Of a stretch of DNA of 64,000 bases, positions 29,211 through 37,370 are shown one piece after another. The notes beneath the pieces were generated by a model. The model had not been told where the DNA came from. It saw nothing but the letters and a program-made list of their open reading frames with translations, and ran no database searches. The position numbers were made by a program, and so were the translations under genes. The stretch comes from Caulobacterales bacterium. Its GTDB lineage: Bacteria > Pseudomonadota > Alphaproteobacteria > Caulobacterales > Caulobacteraceae. The stretch lies in NCBI GenBank assembly GCA_038228945.1, contig JBBROW010000002.1:24318-88317 (forward strand), given 5' to 3'. Numbering within the stretch: position 1 is the stretch's first letter; each line of letters starts with the position of its first letter.

Positions 29211-29959
29211 AAGGCGACGGCCTCGTCCTTGGAGGCAAAGCCGGTGATCGCCGTGCGATAGAGGGTGGAGCCGTCCTTAGCCACCGGCTCCACATGCTTG
29301 CCTTTGCCCGCCATGGCGCCCGGCGCGATGCGCGCGGCGTCGTTCCAGCCCTTCTCCGCCAGGGCCTGGGACGAGAACGCGCCGATCTGGACGAACGCTC
29401 CAACCGCCTTGGGCGATGCCGGGGCCGGCGCGGCGCGAACCGCCTTCTCATCCAGAATGGCAGAGATCGAACGCGGCGGCGGCGCCGGCTTTGCCGGGGT
29501 CGCGGGCTTGACGATGGGGGCTGGTGAAGCGGCCGAGGCGACGGGCGCGATCGGTTGCGCCGTCACCGGTCGCACGGGATGCGGGGCTGCCGCCTGCGGC
29601 GCCGGGCGGGGCCTGGGCGCTTCCGGCGTCGGGGCGAAGGTCGGCGCAGCCGAGGCCGCGCCAGAGGTCTTGTCCTTGTAGACCGACAACCCCGCCGCCG
29701 GATCGGCCGGCTGGGCCTCGGGCGGCGCGGCGGCCTTCACATCGCGCACCGGCGCGCCGACGGGCTGGGGCGCGTCGTTCGCCCCCCTGACGCCGCCCCG
29801 ATAGACGAAGAACGCCGCCCCCGCGGCGCCTAAAAGGATCAGGACGCTGACAATCAGGGTCACCGGCGCCGGCCCGGCCCCGCGCACCGGCCGGCGCGCG
29901 TCAAAGGCCAGGGGCGGTTCGGAGGGCGGCGTATAGGGCCCTCGGTCATGGTCGGACAT
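29165..29959 (-). CDS. SPOR-domain protein (membrane anchored, Pro/Ala-rich linker)
   Basis: 264 aa. One N-terminal TM segment (VTLIVSVLILLGAAGAAFFVY), a low-complexity PA-rich linker, and a C-terminal SPOR-like fold (FVQIGAFSSQALAEKGW...YRTAITGFASKDEAVALCDQLKAAGKTCFV). Confidence 0.85.
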   Translation of the reverse strand: MSDHDRGPYTPPSEPPLAFDARRPVRGAGPAPVTLIVSVLILLGAAGAAFFVYRGGVRGANDAPQPVGAPVRDVKAAAPPEAQPADPAAGLSVYKDKTSGAASAAPTFAPTPEAPRPRPAPQAAAPHPVRPVTAQPIAPVASAASPAPIVKPATPAKPAPPPRSISAILDEKAVRAAPAPASPKAVGAFVQIGAFSSQALAEKGWNDAARIAPGAMAGKGKHVEPVAKDGSTLYRTAITGFASKDEAVALCDQLKAAGKTCFVR

Positions 29960-30036
29960 GGAAAATCAGCGCTCCAGAGCGGGTAAATCAAACGGGCAAG
30001 CTAGGCTCCGTCCGAATCAGTCTGCCGTCAGTTTAG

Positions 30037-30080
30037 CGCCAGACCACCTAACGCCAGACCACCTAACGCAGGCCGCCTAA
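30037..30080. repeat. Tandem 15-bp repeat CGCCAGACCACCTAA x2 plus a degenerate third copy
   Basis: 30037-30051 and 30052-30066 are identical. 30067-30080 (CGCAGGCCGCCTAA) is degenerate and contains the stop codon of the dGTPase-like gene on the opposite strand. Confidence 0.7.
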
Positions 30081-31255
30081 CTCCAGACGTCGAGCTGGAA
30101 CAGCCGCCGGTGTTCCTCGATGGCGTACCGGTCGGTCATGCCGGCGATATAGTCGCACACCACACGGGCGCGCCCGGCCTGCTCCAGAGCCTGAAGCCGG
30201 CCATACCATTCCGTCGGCAGAACGTCCGGCTCGGCCATGAACAAGGTGAACATCTCGGCCAGAATACGGCGCGCCTGGCTTCGCGTCCTATTGACGCGCC
30301 AGTGGCGATACATCCGCTCATAGAGGAAGGCCCGCAGTCGCGAGAGTTGCTCGATCATGTCGTGGGAGAAGGCGACCAGGGCGGTGTCCAGGCAGCGCAC
30401 GGCCTCGGGGTTCGTCACCCCGGTGGCCGCCGCCCGCTTGCCCGTCTCGGTCAGGACGTCCTCGACCATGGCCCCGATCATCCGCCGCACCGCCTCCAGA
30501 CGCGTCAGACGGTCGTCCAGGCCGGGGTAATCCTTGCGCACCTTGGCCAGGATCGGCCCGATCAGCGGCACGTCCAGCAATTCCCACAGGCCGAACACGC
30601 CCGCCTCGACGCCGTCGTCCACATCGTGGTTGTTATAGGCAATGTCGTCAGCCAGGGCTGCGGCCTGAGCCTCGGCCGAGGCCCAGGTGTCCAGTCGCAG
30701 GGGGTAGTCAGCGTTATAGTCAACCACGGCCTGCCAGGACGGCCGCCCGAGCTTTTCCGTTACCGGCCCGTTGTGCTTGATCACCCCTTCCAGGGTTTCC
30801 CAGGTCAGGTTCAGGCCGATGAACTCCGGATAGCGGCGCTCCAGTTCGGTGACCACCCGGAACGTCTGGACGTTATGGTCGAAGCCGCCCCAGGGCGTCA
30901 TCTGCCGCTCCAGTTCGTCCTCCCCAGCGTGGCCGAACGGTGGGTGGCCCAGGTCGTGGGCCAGGGCGATGGTCTCCGCCAGGTCCGCATCCAGCCGCAA
31001 CGCCGTGGCCAGGGAGCGGGCGATCTGCGCCACCTCCAGCGAATGGGTCAGGCGGGTGCGATAGTGATCACCTTCGTGGGCGACGAAAACCTGGGTCTTT
31101 TCCTTCAGGCGCCGGAAGGCCGAGGTGTGGATGATCCGGTCGCGGTCGCGGGCAAAGGGGGTGCGCGTGGCGCTGGCCGCGCCGCCGAACCGGCGCCCCA
31201 GGGACAGGGCCGGATTCTCGGCGTAAGGGGCGCGGCTTTGGTCATCGGCGCTCAT
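30077..31255 (-). CDS. dGTP triphosphohydrolase-like HD-domain protein
   Basis: 392 aa. Motifs [27 protein letters not shown] and [13 protein letters not shown]. Confidence 0.9.
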   Translation of the reverse strand: MSADDQSRAPYAENPALSLGRRFGGAASATRTPFARDRDRIIHTSAFRRLKEKTQVFVAHEGDHYRTRLTHSLEVAQIARSLATALRLDADLAETIALAHDLGHPPFGHAGEDELERQMTPWGGFDHNVQTFRVVTELERRYPEFIGLNLTWETLEGVIKHNGPVTEKLGRPSWQAVVDYNADYPLRLDTWASAEAQAAALADDIAYNNHDVDDGVEAGVFGLWELLDVPLIGPILAKVRKDYPGLDDRLTRLEAVRRMIGAMVEDVLTETGKRAAATGVTNPEAVRCLDTALVAFSHDMIEQLSRLRAFLYERMYRHWRVNRTRSQARRILAEMFTLFMAEPDVLPTEWYGRLQALEQAGRARVVCDYIAGMTDRYAIEEHRRLFQLDVWS

Positions 31256-31336
31256 GCCCGGTGTCGTCCTGTCATTGAAGCCCCTTTGCGGATGCCACGG
31301 TCGCCCTCATATAGGGGCAGAAGGTGCAACTCAGCC

Positions 31337-31696
31337 ATGACAACCCTCACGATCGCCACTCGAACGGTCACCCCCGATGTGACGCTGTCCGCCGCCGCGG
31401 CCAAGCGTCTGCACGCCATATCCGCCGCCGAAGGCCGCCAGCTGATGCTGCGGGTCGCGGTGGAAGGCGGCGGCTGCTCGGGCTTTCAGTACAAGTTTGA
31501 CCTGGTGGACACCGCCGAGGACGACGACTTGAAGGTCGAGCGCGACGGGTCGGCGGCCCTGGTGGACGTGATCTCCCTGGCCCTGCTCAAGGGATCGGAG
31601 ATCGACTTCGCAGACGAACTGGCGGCCGCCGAGTTCCGCGTCCGCAACCCCAACGCCAAGTCCAGCTGCGGCTGCGGCGTCAGCTTTTCCATCTAA
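31337..31696 (+). CDS. erpA: Iron-sulfur cluster insertion protein, HesB/IscA/ErpA family
   Basis: In-frame ATG at 31337 inside ORF 30110..31696. 119 aa with GGGCSGFQYKF and C-terminal SCGCGVSFSI. Confidence 0.88.
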   Translation: MTTLTIATRTVTPDVTLSAAAAKRLHAISAAEGRQLMLRVAVEGGGCSGFQYKFDLVDTAEDDDLKVERDGSAALVDVISLALLKGSEIDFADELAAAEFRVRNPNAKSSCGCGVSFSI

Positions 31697-31703
31697 CGCC
31701 GAT

Positions 31704-33140
31704 TTAAAGCTGCGCGGTCAGCTCGCAGCGCACGCCGGTCGGCGCGAAGATCAGCGCCGCCTGCCCGCCCAGTTCAGCCGCCAGGCTCCGTTCGATCAAG
31801 CGGGAACCGAAGCCGCGACGCTCGGGCGCGAGCACGGTGGGCCCCCCCTGCTCACGCCAACTGAGGGTCAGTCCAGAGCTCGCCGCATCGAGGCCCCAGC
31901 GGATGGCCACCTTGCCGCCAGGCTTGGAGAGGGCGCCATACTTCGTCGCGTTGGTGGCCAGTTCATGCAACGCCATGGCCATCGCCACGGCCTTGTTCGG
32001 CGGCAGGCGCACGCGCGGTCCCTTCAGGGTGAAGCGCCCATCCACCAACCGATCATGCACCTCGACCATTCGCAGGATCACCTCGTCCAGATTCGCGCCT
32101 TCCCAGTTCTCCTTGTTGAGCACGTCATGCGCTCCGCCGAGTGCGATGAGCCGCGAGGTAAAGACATCAAACGCCTCGCCCGCCGCCACGCTTCGCAGGC
32201 TTTGCATGGCGATCAACTGCACCGTGGCCAAGGTGTTCTTCACCCGGTGATTCAGTTCGTGGATCAGCAGCCGCTGCTGGGCCTGCGCCCGCTCCCGCTC
32301 GCCGATCTCCTCGCGCAGCGCCGCCTCCACCGCCTTGCGTTCCGTGACATCGACGGTGATGCCAATGGCCCGCCGCGGCGTGCCACGCGGGTCGCGTTCG
32401 GCGATATGGCCGCTGGTTTCGAGCCAGCGCTCGCGGCGGTCCGCGCCCCGCACGCGGAACTCGAAGCGCCCCTCGCCCTTGGCCGCCAGAGCCGCCACCC
32501 CCTCGGCCACGGCAGGCAGGTCCTCGGCATGCACCAACCGCCGCCAGTCGCTGGCGATGGCCTCATCCTTCCATTTCGCCGGCAGGGCGGCCAAGGCCCG
32601 CGCCGCGACCGGATCGACCCAATGCAGCCCTCGGCCCGCGCGCCACTCCCACGTCGCCGCCTTGGCCGCCTTGTGCGCCAGCCTCAGGCTGGCGTTGGTG
32701 GAGCGTAAGTGCCGCTCGGTGCGCTCGCGGCCGGTGACGTCGCGCAGCAGGAAGGCCATCCGCCCACCCAGCGGCAAGGCCCGCACCTCGATCCATTCAT
32801 CCGGCGCCAGGGGCCGGGCGGTGACGAATTCCACCGGTTCGCCGCCACTCATGGCGCTGCGGAGCTGAAGTTCGGTCGTGGCGCCGCGCAAGGCGGGCTG
32901 CAGGTCCCACAGGTCGGCCCGCGGCGGCGCGTCGCTATCCAGACCCAGGGCGGCGTCCGCCGCCAGATTGCGAAAACTCACCCGCCAATCCGACTCGCAG
33001 ACCATCAGGCCTTCGAGGTTGGCGGCGCCGATGAACGCCGCGCCCAAGGCGGTGGCCAGGTCACTGTTGTCGACGAGATCGCGTCCGCCCGCGCGGTCAC
33101 GGGCAGGACTTCCGGGCGTGGGGTTCGCCGGTTTACGCAT
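31704..33140 (-). CDS. PAS-domain sensor histidine kinase, HWE family
   Basis: ORF 31704..33491 trimmed to the ATG at 33140 (MRKPANPTP...). PAS-like repeats, an H-box HELNHRVKNTLATVQLIA, a later NWEGANLDEV, and ATPase motifs (HELATNATKYGAL, GFGSRL). No response regulator is adjacent. Confidence 0.85.
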   Translation of the reverse strand: MRKPANPTPGSPARDRAGGRDLVDNSDLATALGAAFIGAANLEGLMVCESDWRVSFRNLAADAALGLDSDAPPRADLWDLQPALRGATTELQLRSAMSGGEPVEFVTARPLAPDEWIEVRALPLGGRMAFLLRDVTGRERTERHLRSTNASLRLAHKAAKAATWEWRAGRGLHWVDPVAARALAALPAKWKDEAIASDWRRLVHAEDLPAVAEGVAALAAKGEGRFEFRVRGADRRERWLETSGHIAERDPRGTPRRAIGITVDVTERKAVEAALREEIGERERAQAQQRLLIHELNHRVKNTLATVQLIAMQSLRSVAAGEAFDVFTSRLIALGGAHDVLNKENWEGANLDEVILRMVEVHDRLVDGRFTLKGPRVRLPPNKAVAMAMALHELATNATKYGALSKPGGKVAIRWGLDAASSGLTLSWREQGGPTVLAPERRGFGSRLIERSLAAELGGQAALIFAPTGVRCELTAQL

Positions 33141-33360
33141 ACTAGGTCCCTCCGCCCCCCGGCGGCGCCCTCCGTCCGGCGGTCGGCTCCCTCTCCGGAA
33201 GTCTGGTGAGAGACCTCGGGGACAGAACCCGCCGCGACCTGATGGTGTCACGTCCGCCGCACGCGGCAAAGATCGTTTGCGGCGCTCAGGGTTAACGGGC
33301 GTGCGGCATAGTCGCCGCCGCGCAGGTGACAGCGCGGCCGCCCGGCGGCATAACCGGGCC

Positions 33361-34155
33361 ATGCGCATCGCCACCTGGAACGTCAATTCGGTCAACGCCC
33401 GCCTGCCGACGGTGCTCCGCTGGTTCGAGATGGAACAACCCGACGTCGCCTGCCTGCAGGAGATCAAGTGCGTCGACGAGAAGTTCCCCACCGAGGCCTT
33501 TGAAAACCTCGGCTACAACGTCGCCGTCCACGGTCAGAAGGCCTACAACGGCGTCGCCCTGCTGTCGAAGACGCCGCTGGAGGACGTCCGCAAAGGCCTG
33601 CCCGGCGAGGACGGGGACGACCACGCCCGCTATATCGAGGCCCTGATCTCCGGCCCCACCCCGGTTCGGGTCGGCGGGATCTACCTGCCCAACGGCAACC
33701 CGATCACCACCGACAAATTCGCCTACAAGCTGCGCTGGATGGATCGGCTGAAGGCCCACGCCCGCACGCTGATGGCCTATGAAGAGCCGCTGGTGCTGGC
33801 CGGCGACTACAACGTCATCCCCGAACCGGAGGACGCCGACAATCCCGCTGCCTGGACCGGCGACGCCCTGTTCCAGCCGCAGACGCGGGAATCGTTCCGG
33901 TCACTGAAGTGGCTGGGGCTGACCGATGCCTACATGGCCGCCGACGGGGCGCCAGGCGGCTATACCTTCTGGGACTACCAGGCCGGCGCCTGGCAGAGGA
34001 ACCACGGCATCCGCATCGACCACCTGCTGCTCTCGTCCCAGGCCGCCGACCGGCTGAAGAGCGTCGTCATCCACCGCGACGTGCGCGACTGGGAAAAGCC
34101 CTCCGACCACGTGCCCGTGGTGATCGACCTCGACCTCAACACCAAAGGCGACTGA
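33361..34155 (+). CDS. xthA: Exodeoxyribonuclease III
   Basis: ATG at 33361 inside ORF 32878..34155. Motifs MRIATWNVNS, PDVACLQEIK, IDHLLLS and SDHVPVV. Confidence 0.94.
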   Translation: MRIATWNVNSVNARLPTVLRWFEMEQPDVACLQEIKCVDEKFPTEAFENLGYNVAVHGQKAYNGVALLSKTPLEDVRKGLPGEDGDDHARYIEALISGPTPVRVGGIYLPNGNPITTDKFAYKLRWMDRLKAHARTLMAYEEPLVLAGDYNVIPEPEDADNPAAWTGDALFQPQTRESFRSLKWLGLTDAYMAADGAPGGYTFWDYQAGAWQRNHGIRIDHLLLSSQAADRLKSVVIHRDVRDWEKPSDHVPVVIDLDLNTKGD

Positions 34156-34186
34156 CGCCGAAGCGGACTCCCGCTAGCATCACGCC

Positions 34187-34897
34187 ATGATCGAGGTGTT
34201 GCGGCTCTTACTGCTGCTCGTGCTGGCCGGCTCGGCGCTGACGGCGCTGGTCGCCCTGTTCGCCTGGTACGCCGAGGAACAGCGCCGCCTGGGCCGCGCC
34301 TTCCGCCGGGTGCTGGGGATGACGCCGGACGCCGAACTGATCGCCCACGGCCGGGGGCGCGGCGCCGCCTTCAGCCTGCCGGCCGAGGCTTTGGCGGTGG
34401 CCTGGGACAGCGGCGCCTGGTGCCTGGTCTATCGCCTGGACGAACTTGTTGGGGCCGAACTGGCCATCGACGGCCAGGTGGCCGCCCGCGCCTTCCGGGG
34501 CGAGCCACGCCGCCCCCTGGATCAGCGCCCCCGCGAAGCCCAGTCGGTAAGCCTGCGGCTGATCTTCGACGACCCGCAGCATCCCGACTTCGAACTGGCC
34601 CTGTGGCCGGTCCCGCACAACCAGCGGCGCGGTCCCGAGGACGCCGGCCAGGCCGTCCAGGACGCCAATCGCTGGCTGGCCCGGGTCGAGTCGGTCCTGC
34701 GCCGCGCCGCCGCGCCCCGCCCACAGGCTCGGGTCGCTGAACCGTCACTCGCCACCGCCCCGCCGCCGCCGATCCAGCCCCCCACGCCCCCGCCCGCCAC
34801 GGCCGAGGACCTCCCGCCCTGGGAGGACGATCCCGAGGACGCGTTCTTGGACGATGACGGGGACGAGGACGAGGATAGTCAGGGCCGCCTGCTCTAG
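34187..34897 (+). CDS. Hypothetical membrane-anchored protein with a Pro-rich and strongly acidic C-terminal tail
   Basis: 236 aa. N-terminal TM (LRLLLLLVLAGSALTALVALFAW), a globular middle region, and the tail PPPPIQPPTPPPATAEDLPPWEDDPEDAFLDDDGDEDEDS. Codon usage is native-looking. I do not recognise the family. Confidence 0.55.
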   Translation: MIEVLRLLLLLVLAGSALTALVALFAWYAEEQRRLGRAFRRVLGMTPDAELIAHGRGRGAAFSLPAEALAVAWDSGAWCLVYRLDELVGAELAIDGQVAARAFRGEPRRPLDQRPREAQSVSLRLIFDDPQHPDFELALWPVPHNQRRGPEDAGQAVQDANRWLARVESVLRRAAAPRPQARVAEPSLATAPPPPIQPPTPPPATAEDLPPWEDDPEDAFLDDDGDEDEDSQGRLL

Positions 34898-34931
34898 CCT
34901 CGCAGCCGCCCGGTCCCCCTCCGCGCCTCGA

Positions 34932-34964
34932 TTGACAAAGCTCGCCGACTGCGGCCATTATAAT
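34932..34964 (+). promoter_or_regulatory. Sigma70-like promoter candidate upstream of the NnrU-family gene
   Basis: TTGACA at 34932-34937. CATTAT follows after an 18-nt spacer, or TATAAT (34959-34964) after a 21-nt spacer. AAGGA Shine-Dalgarno at 34974-34978 and ATG at 34987. Confidence 0.35.
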
Positions 34965-34986
34965 TTACAACGTAAGGAACAGTGAC

Positions 34987-35688
34987 ATGACCGTCCTGAT
35001 CGCCGCCGCCCTGGCCTTCATCCTGCTGCACCTGCTGGTCTCCGGCACCCGGGTCCGCGACGCCCTCACCGGCGCCATCGGGACCAATGCCTACATGGGG
35101 CTGTTCTCTCTGGCGTCCCTGGGCCTGATCGTCTGGATGAGCATGGCCTACGGCGGCGCGCAGCGTAGCGGCCAAAATCCCGTGTTCTGGGGCGCCAGCG
35201 CCCTGACCAAGGAAATCCAGCTAGGCCTGATGCTGCTGGCCTTCCTGCTGGTGGTCCCCGGCCTCACCACGCCCAACCCCACCAGCGTGCGCCAGGAAGG
35301 CGCCCTGGACCGCCCGGACGTTATCAAGGGCATGCTGCGCATCACCCGCCACCCCTTCCTCTGGGGCGTCGCGGTCTGGGCGGCCGGACATCTGATGGTC
35401 AACGGCGACGTCGCCAGTCTGATCCTGTTCGGCGCCATGCTGGCCCTGGCGATCTTCGGAACCGTCAGCATCGATGCCAAGCGCAAGCGCGTTCTGGGCC
35501 AGACCTGGGACGATTTCGCCACCAAGACCTCCAACGTCCCCTTCGCCGCCATCGCCGCCGGCCGCCAAGCCTTCGGCGTCGCCACGATTGGCGAGATCGG
35601 CTGGTGGCGGATCCTGCTGGCCGTGGCCCTGTGGGTGGGAATGATCTTCCTGCACCCCATCGCGTTCGGGGCTAACCCGCTTCCCTAG
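34987..35688 (+). CDS. NnrU-family membrane protein
   Basis: 233 aa polytopic membrane protein (MTVLIAAALAFILLHLLVSGTRVRD..., RITRHPFLWG). Confidence 0.7.
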   Translation: MTVLIAAALAFILLHLLVSGTRVRDALTGAIGTNAYMGLFSLASLGLIVWMSMAYGGAQRSGQNPVFWGASALTKEIQLGLMLLAFLLVVPGLTTPNPTSVRQEGALDRPDVIKGMLRITRHPFLWGVAVWAAGHLMVNGDVASLILFGAMLALAIFGTVSIDAKRKRVLGQTWDDFATKTSNVPFAAIAAGRQAFGVATIGEIGWWRILLAVALWVGMIFLHPIAFGANPLP

Positions 35689-36377
35689 TCCCCCAGGGCG
35701 AAGGCCACCCCCGCCCGGGCGTGGATCTCGGTGGTGTCGAACACCGGCAGGCTGACGTCCTTGGGCTCCAGCAGCAGGCCGATCTCGGTGCAGCCGAAGA
35801 TCACCGCGTCGGCGCCCTGCCTGGCCGCGCGCTCGGTCATGGCGACCACCGCGGCGCGGGAGGCGGCCTCGAACCGGCCCTGGATCAGTTCGTCATAGAT
35901 GATCGCGTGCAGTTGTTCCCGCTCGCCGGCGTCCGGGATCACCGCTTCCAGGCCCAGCTCGGCCAGTCGGCCGCGATAGAATTCGCCTTCCATCGTAAAA
36001 CGCGTGGCCAGCAGCAGCGGCCGCTTCGATCCGGCTGCGATGAGCGCCTGGGCAGTGGCGTCGGCGATGTGGATCACCGGGATGCCGATCGCCGCCCTCA
36101 CCTGGGGCGCCAGCTTGTGCATGGTGTTGGCGCAGATCAGGATCGCCTGCGCCCCGGCCCCTTCCAGGTCCCGCGCCGCCTTGGCCAGCAGATCCGCCAG
36201 GCCATCCCAGTCTCCCGCTGTTTGGGCCGCCGCGATTGGCGCGAAGTCGTCTGACCAGATCAGCAGCCTGGCCGAATGCTGCCCGCCAAGGCGATCGCGA
36301 ACCATGCGGTTCAGGTGCTGATAGTAGAGCGTCGTGCTTTCCCAGCTCATGCCGCCCAGCAGGCCAAGCACGCGCAT
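35685..36377 (-). CDS. Aspartate/glutamate racemase family protein
   Basis: 230 aa. Motifs MRVLGLLGGMSWESTTLYY, ICANTMH and FGCTEIGLL. Confidence 0.85.
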   Translation of the reverse strand: MRVLGLLGGMSWESTTLYYQHLNRMVRDRLGGQHSARLLIWSDDFAPIAAAQTAGDWDGLADLLAKAARDLEGAGAQAILICANTMHKLAPQVRAAIGIPVIHIADATAQALIAAGSKRPLLLATRFTMEGEFYRGRLAELGLEAVIPDAGEREQLHAIIYDELIQGRFEAASRAAVVAMTERAARQGADAVIFGCTEIGLLLEPKDVSLPVFDTTEIHARAGVAFALGD

Positions 36378-36381
36378 GGCC

Positions 36382-37314
36382 TCAGGCCGCCACGAAGCTG
36401 TCGATCAGTTGGAACACCGCCCCGATATCGTGGGCGATAGCCTCGACCCGCTTGCGGTCCACCAGGGTGGAGAACATGCCGCCGATCTCGAACTTGTCCG
36501 ACGCCTCGATGGCGATCAGCAGGTCGCCGTCGGTGAAGGCATAGCGCATGTGGCTGCCGCCATAGGCGCTTTCCAGGTCCACCAGCCGCTGCATGAAAGC
36601 CGGGGTAAGGATCGCCCGCGCCTCCACCTGGTCGGTGCCGAATACCTCGAAGATCTTCTCGAAATGCGGGTCTTCCAGGCCGACCTTGGCCATGTGCGGC
36701 GGACAGTCGAAGCGGTTGAACCAGCCGGAATCGCGCAGCACCACCGTCTCCCCCAGAAACCTGTGCGGAAAGGCGACGCGGAAAAGCTGGCCGCTGAAGA
36801 TGACCTCGCGGCTCTTGCCCGAACCCTTGGTCAGCCGGGCCTCGCAAAGCTCGAAGGAACAGCTGTTGCGCACCCCTTCGAAGTGATCCTCGAAATGGCT
36901 GTCGTCCGGCTTGTTGATCAGCTTGAAGGCCTGGTAGGCGTCGAAACGGGTGGGCTCGCCGGACGAATGGTAGCGCAGCCCCAGCGGGCCGCAGAAGGCG
37001 GTGATGATGCCAAGCTTCACCTTCGAGCGCACCGCCGACAACGGGAAATAGCCCAGGGCCGCGGCGATAAACATGGTCACGGCGACCAGGCGAATATCCG
37101 GGATGAAGTTGCCGCCGTGGCTGGCCGCCCGGGTAAAGCCGGACTCTAGCACCACCACCATGCCGCCAATGGCCAACAGGGCGTAGAACTGCTTCACCCC
37201 GGCCTGGCGCTCGACCTCACGCTTTTCCAGCTCGGGCTTGATCGACGTCTCGTAGAAGCGGTCAAAGGCGGGCCCGGTCAGGGGATTCTCGGCGGTAATG
37301 GCGTCTGCGGGCAT
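36382..37314 (-). CDS. DUF3137-like membrane protein
   Basis: ORF 36382..37647 trimmed to the ATG at 37314 (MPADAITAENPL...); the extension is Arg/His-rich junk. Two TM segments are followed by a conserved-looking globular part (FELCEARLTKGSGKSREVIFSGQLF..., EDPHFEKIFEVFGTDQVEARAILTPAFMQRL). The family call is from memory. Confidence 0.6.
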   Translation of the reverse strand: MPADAITAENPLTGPAFDRFYETSIKPELEKREVERQAGVKQFYALLAIGGMVVVLESGFTRAASHGGNFIPDIRLVAVTMFIAAALGYFPLSAVRSKVKLGIITAFCGPLGLRYHSSGEPTRFDAYQAFKLINKPDDSHFEDHFEGVRNSCSFELCEARLTKGSGKSREVIFSGQLFRVAFPHRFLGETVVLRDSGWFNRFDCPPHMAKVGLEDPHFEKIFEVFGTDQVEARAILTPAFMQRLVDLESAYGGSHMRYAFTDGDLLIAIEASDKFEIGGMFSTLVDRKRVEAIAHDIGAVFQLIDSFVAA

Positions 37315-37370
37315 GCGACAGCCTAGCCTTGCCACGCGAGTCTTGGCTAGGGCGTGGCGTCCGGAGACAC

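Noticed and set aside
30037-30080. Possible CRISPR-like or iteron array
   Set aside because: There are fewer than three contiguous 15-bp units, with no spacers and no cas genes. It is a simple tandem duplication.
31704-33491. Long N-terminal extensions of several ORFs (31704..33491, 36382..37647, 37371..39326, 58109..59632, 22003..22857, 1563..2891)
   Set aside because: The extensions overlap neighbouring genes or are Arg/Pro/Gly-rich. In-frame internal ATGs give N-termini that match the known families, so the genes were trimmed.
34932-34964. Textbook TTGACA...TATAAT promoter
   Set aside because: The perfect hexamers are 21 nt apart, too far for a canonical sigma70 promoter. Only the weaker CATTAT at 18 nt fits. 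I kept it as a low-confidence feature, not a finding.
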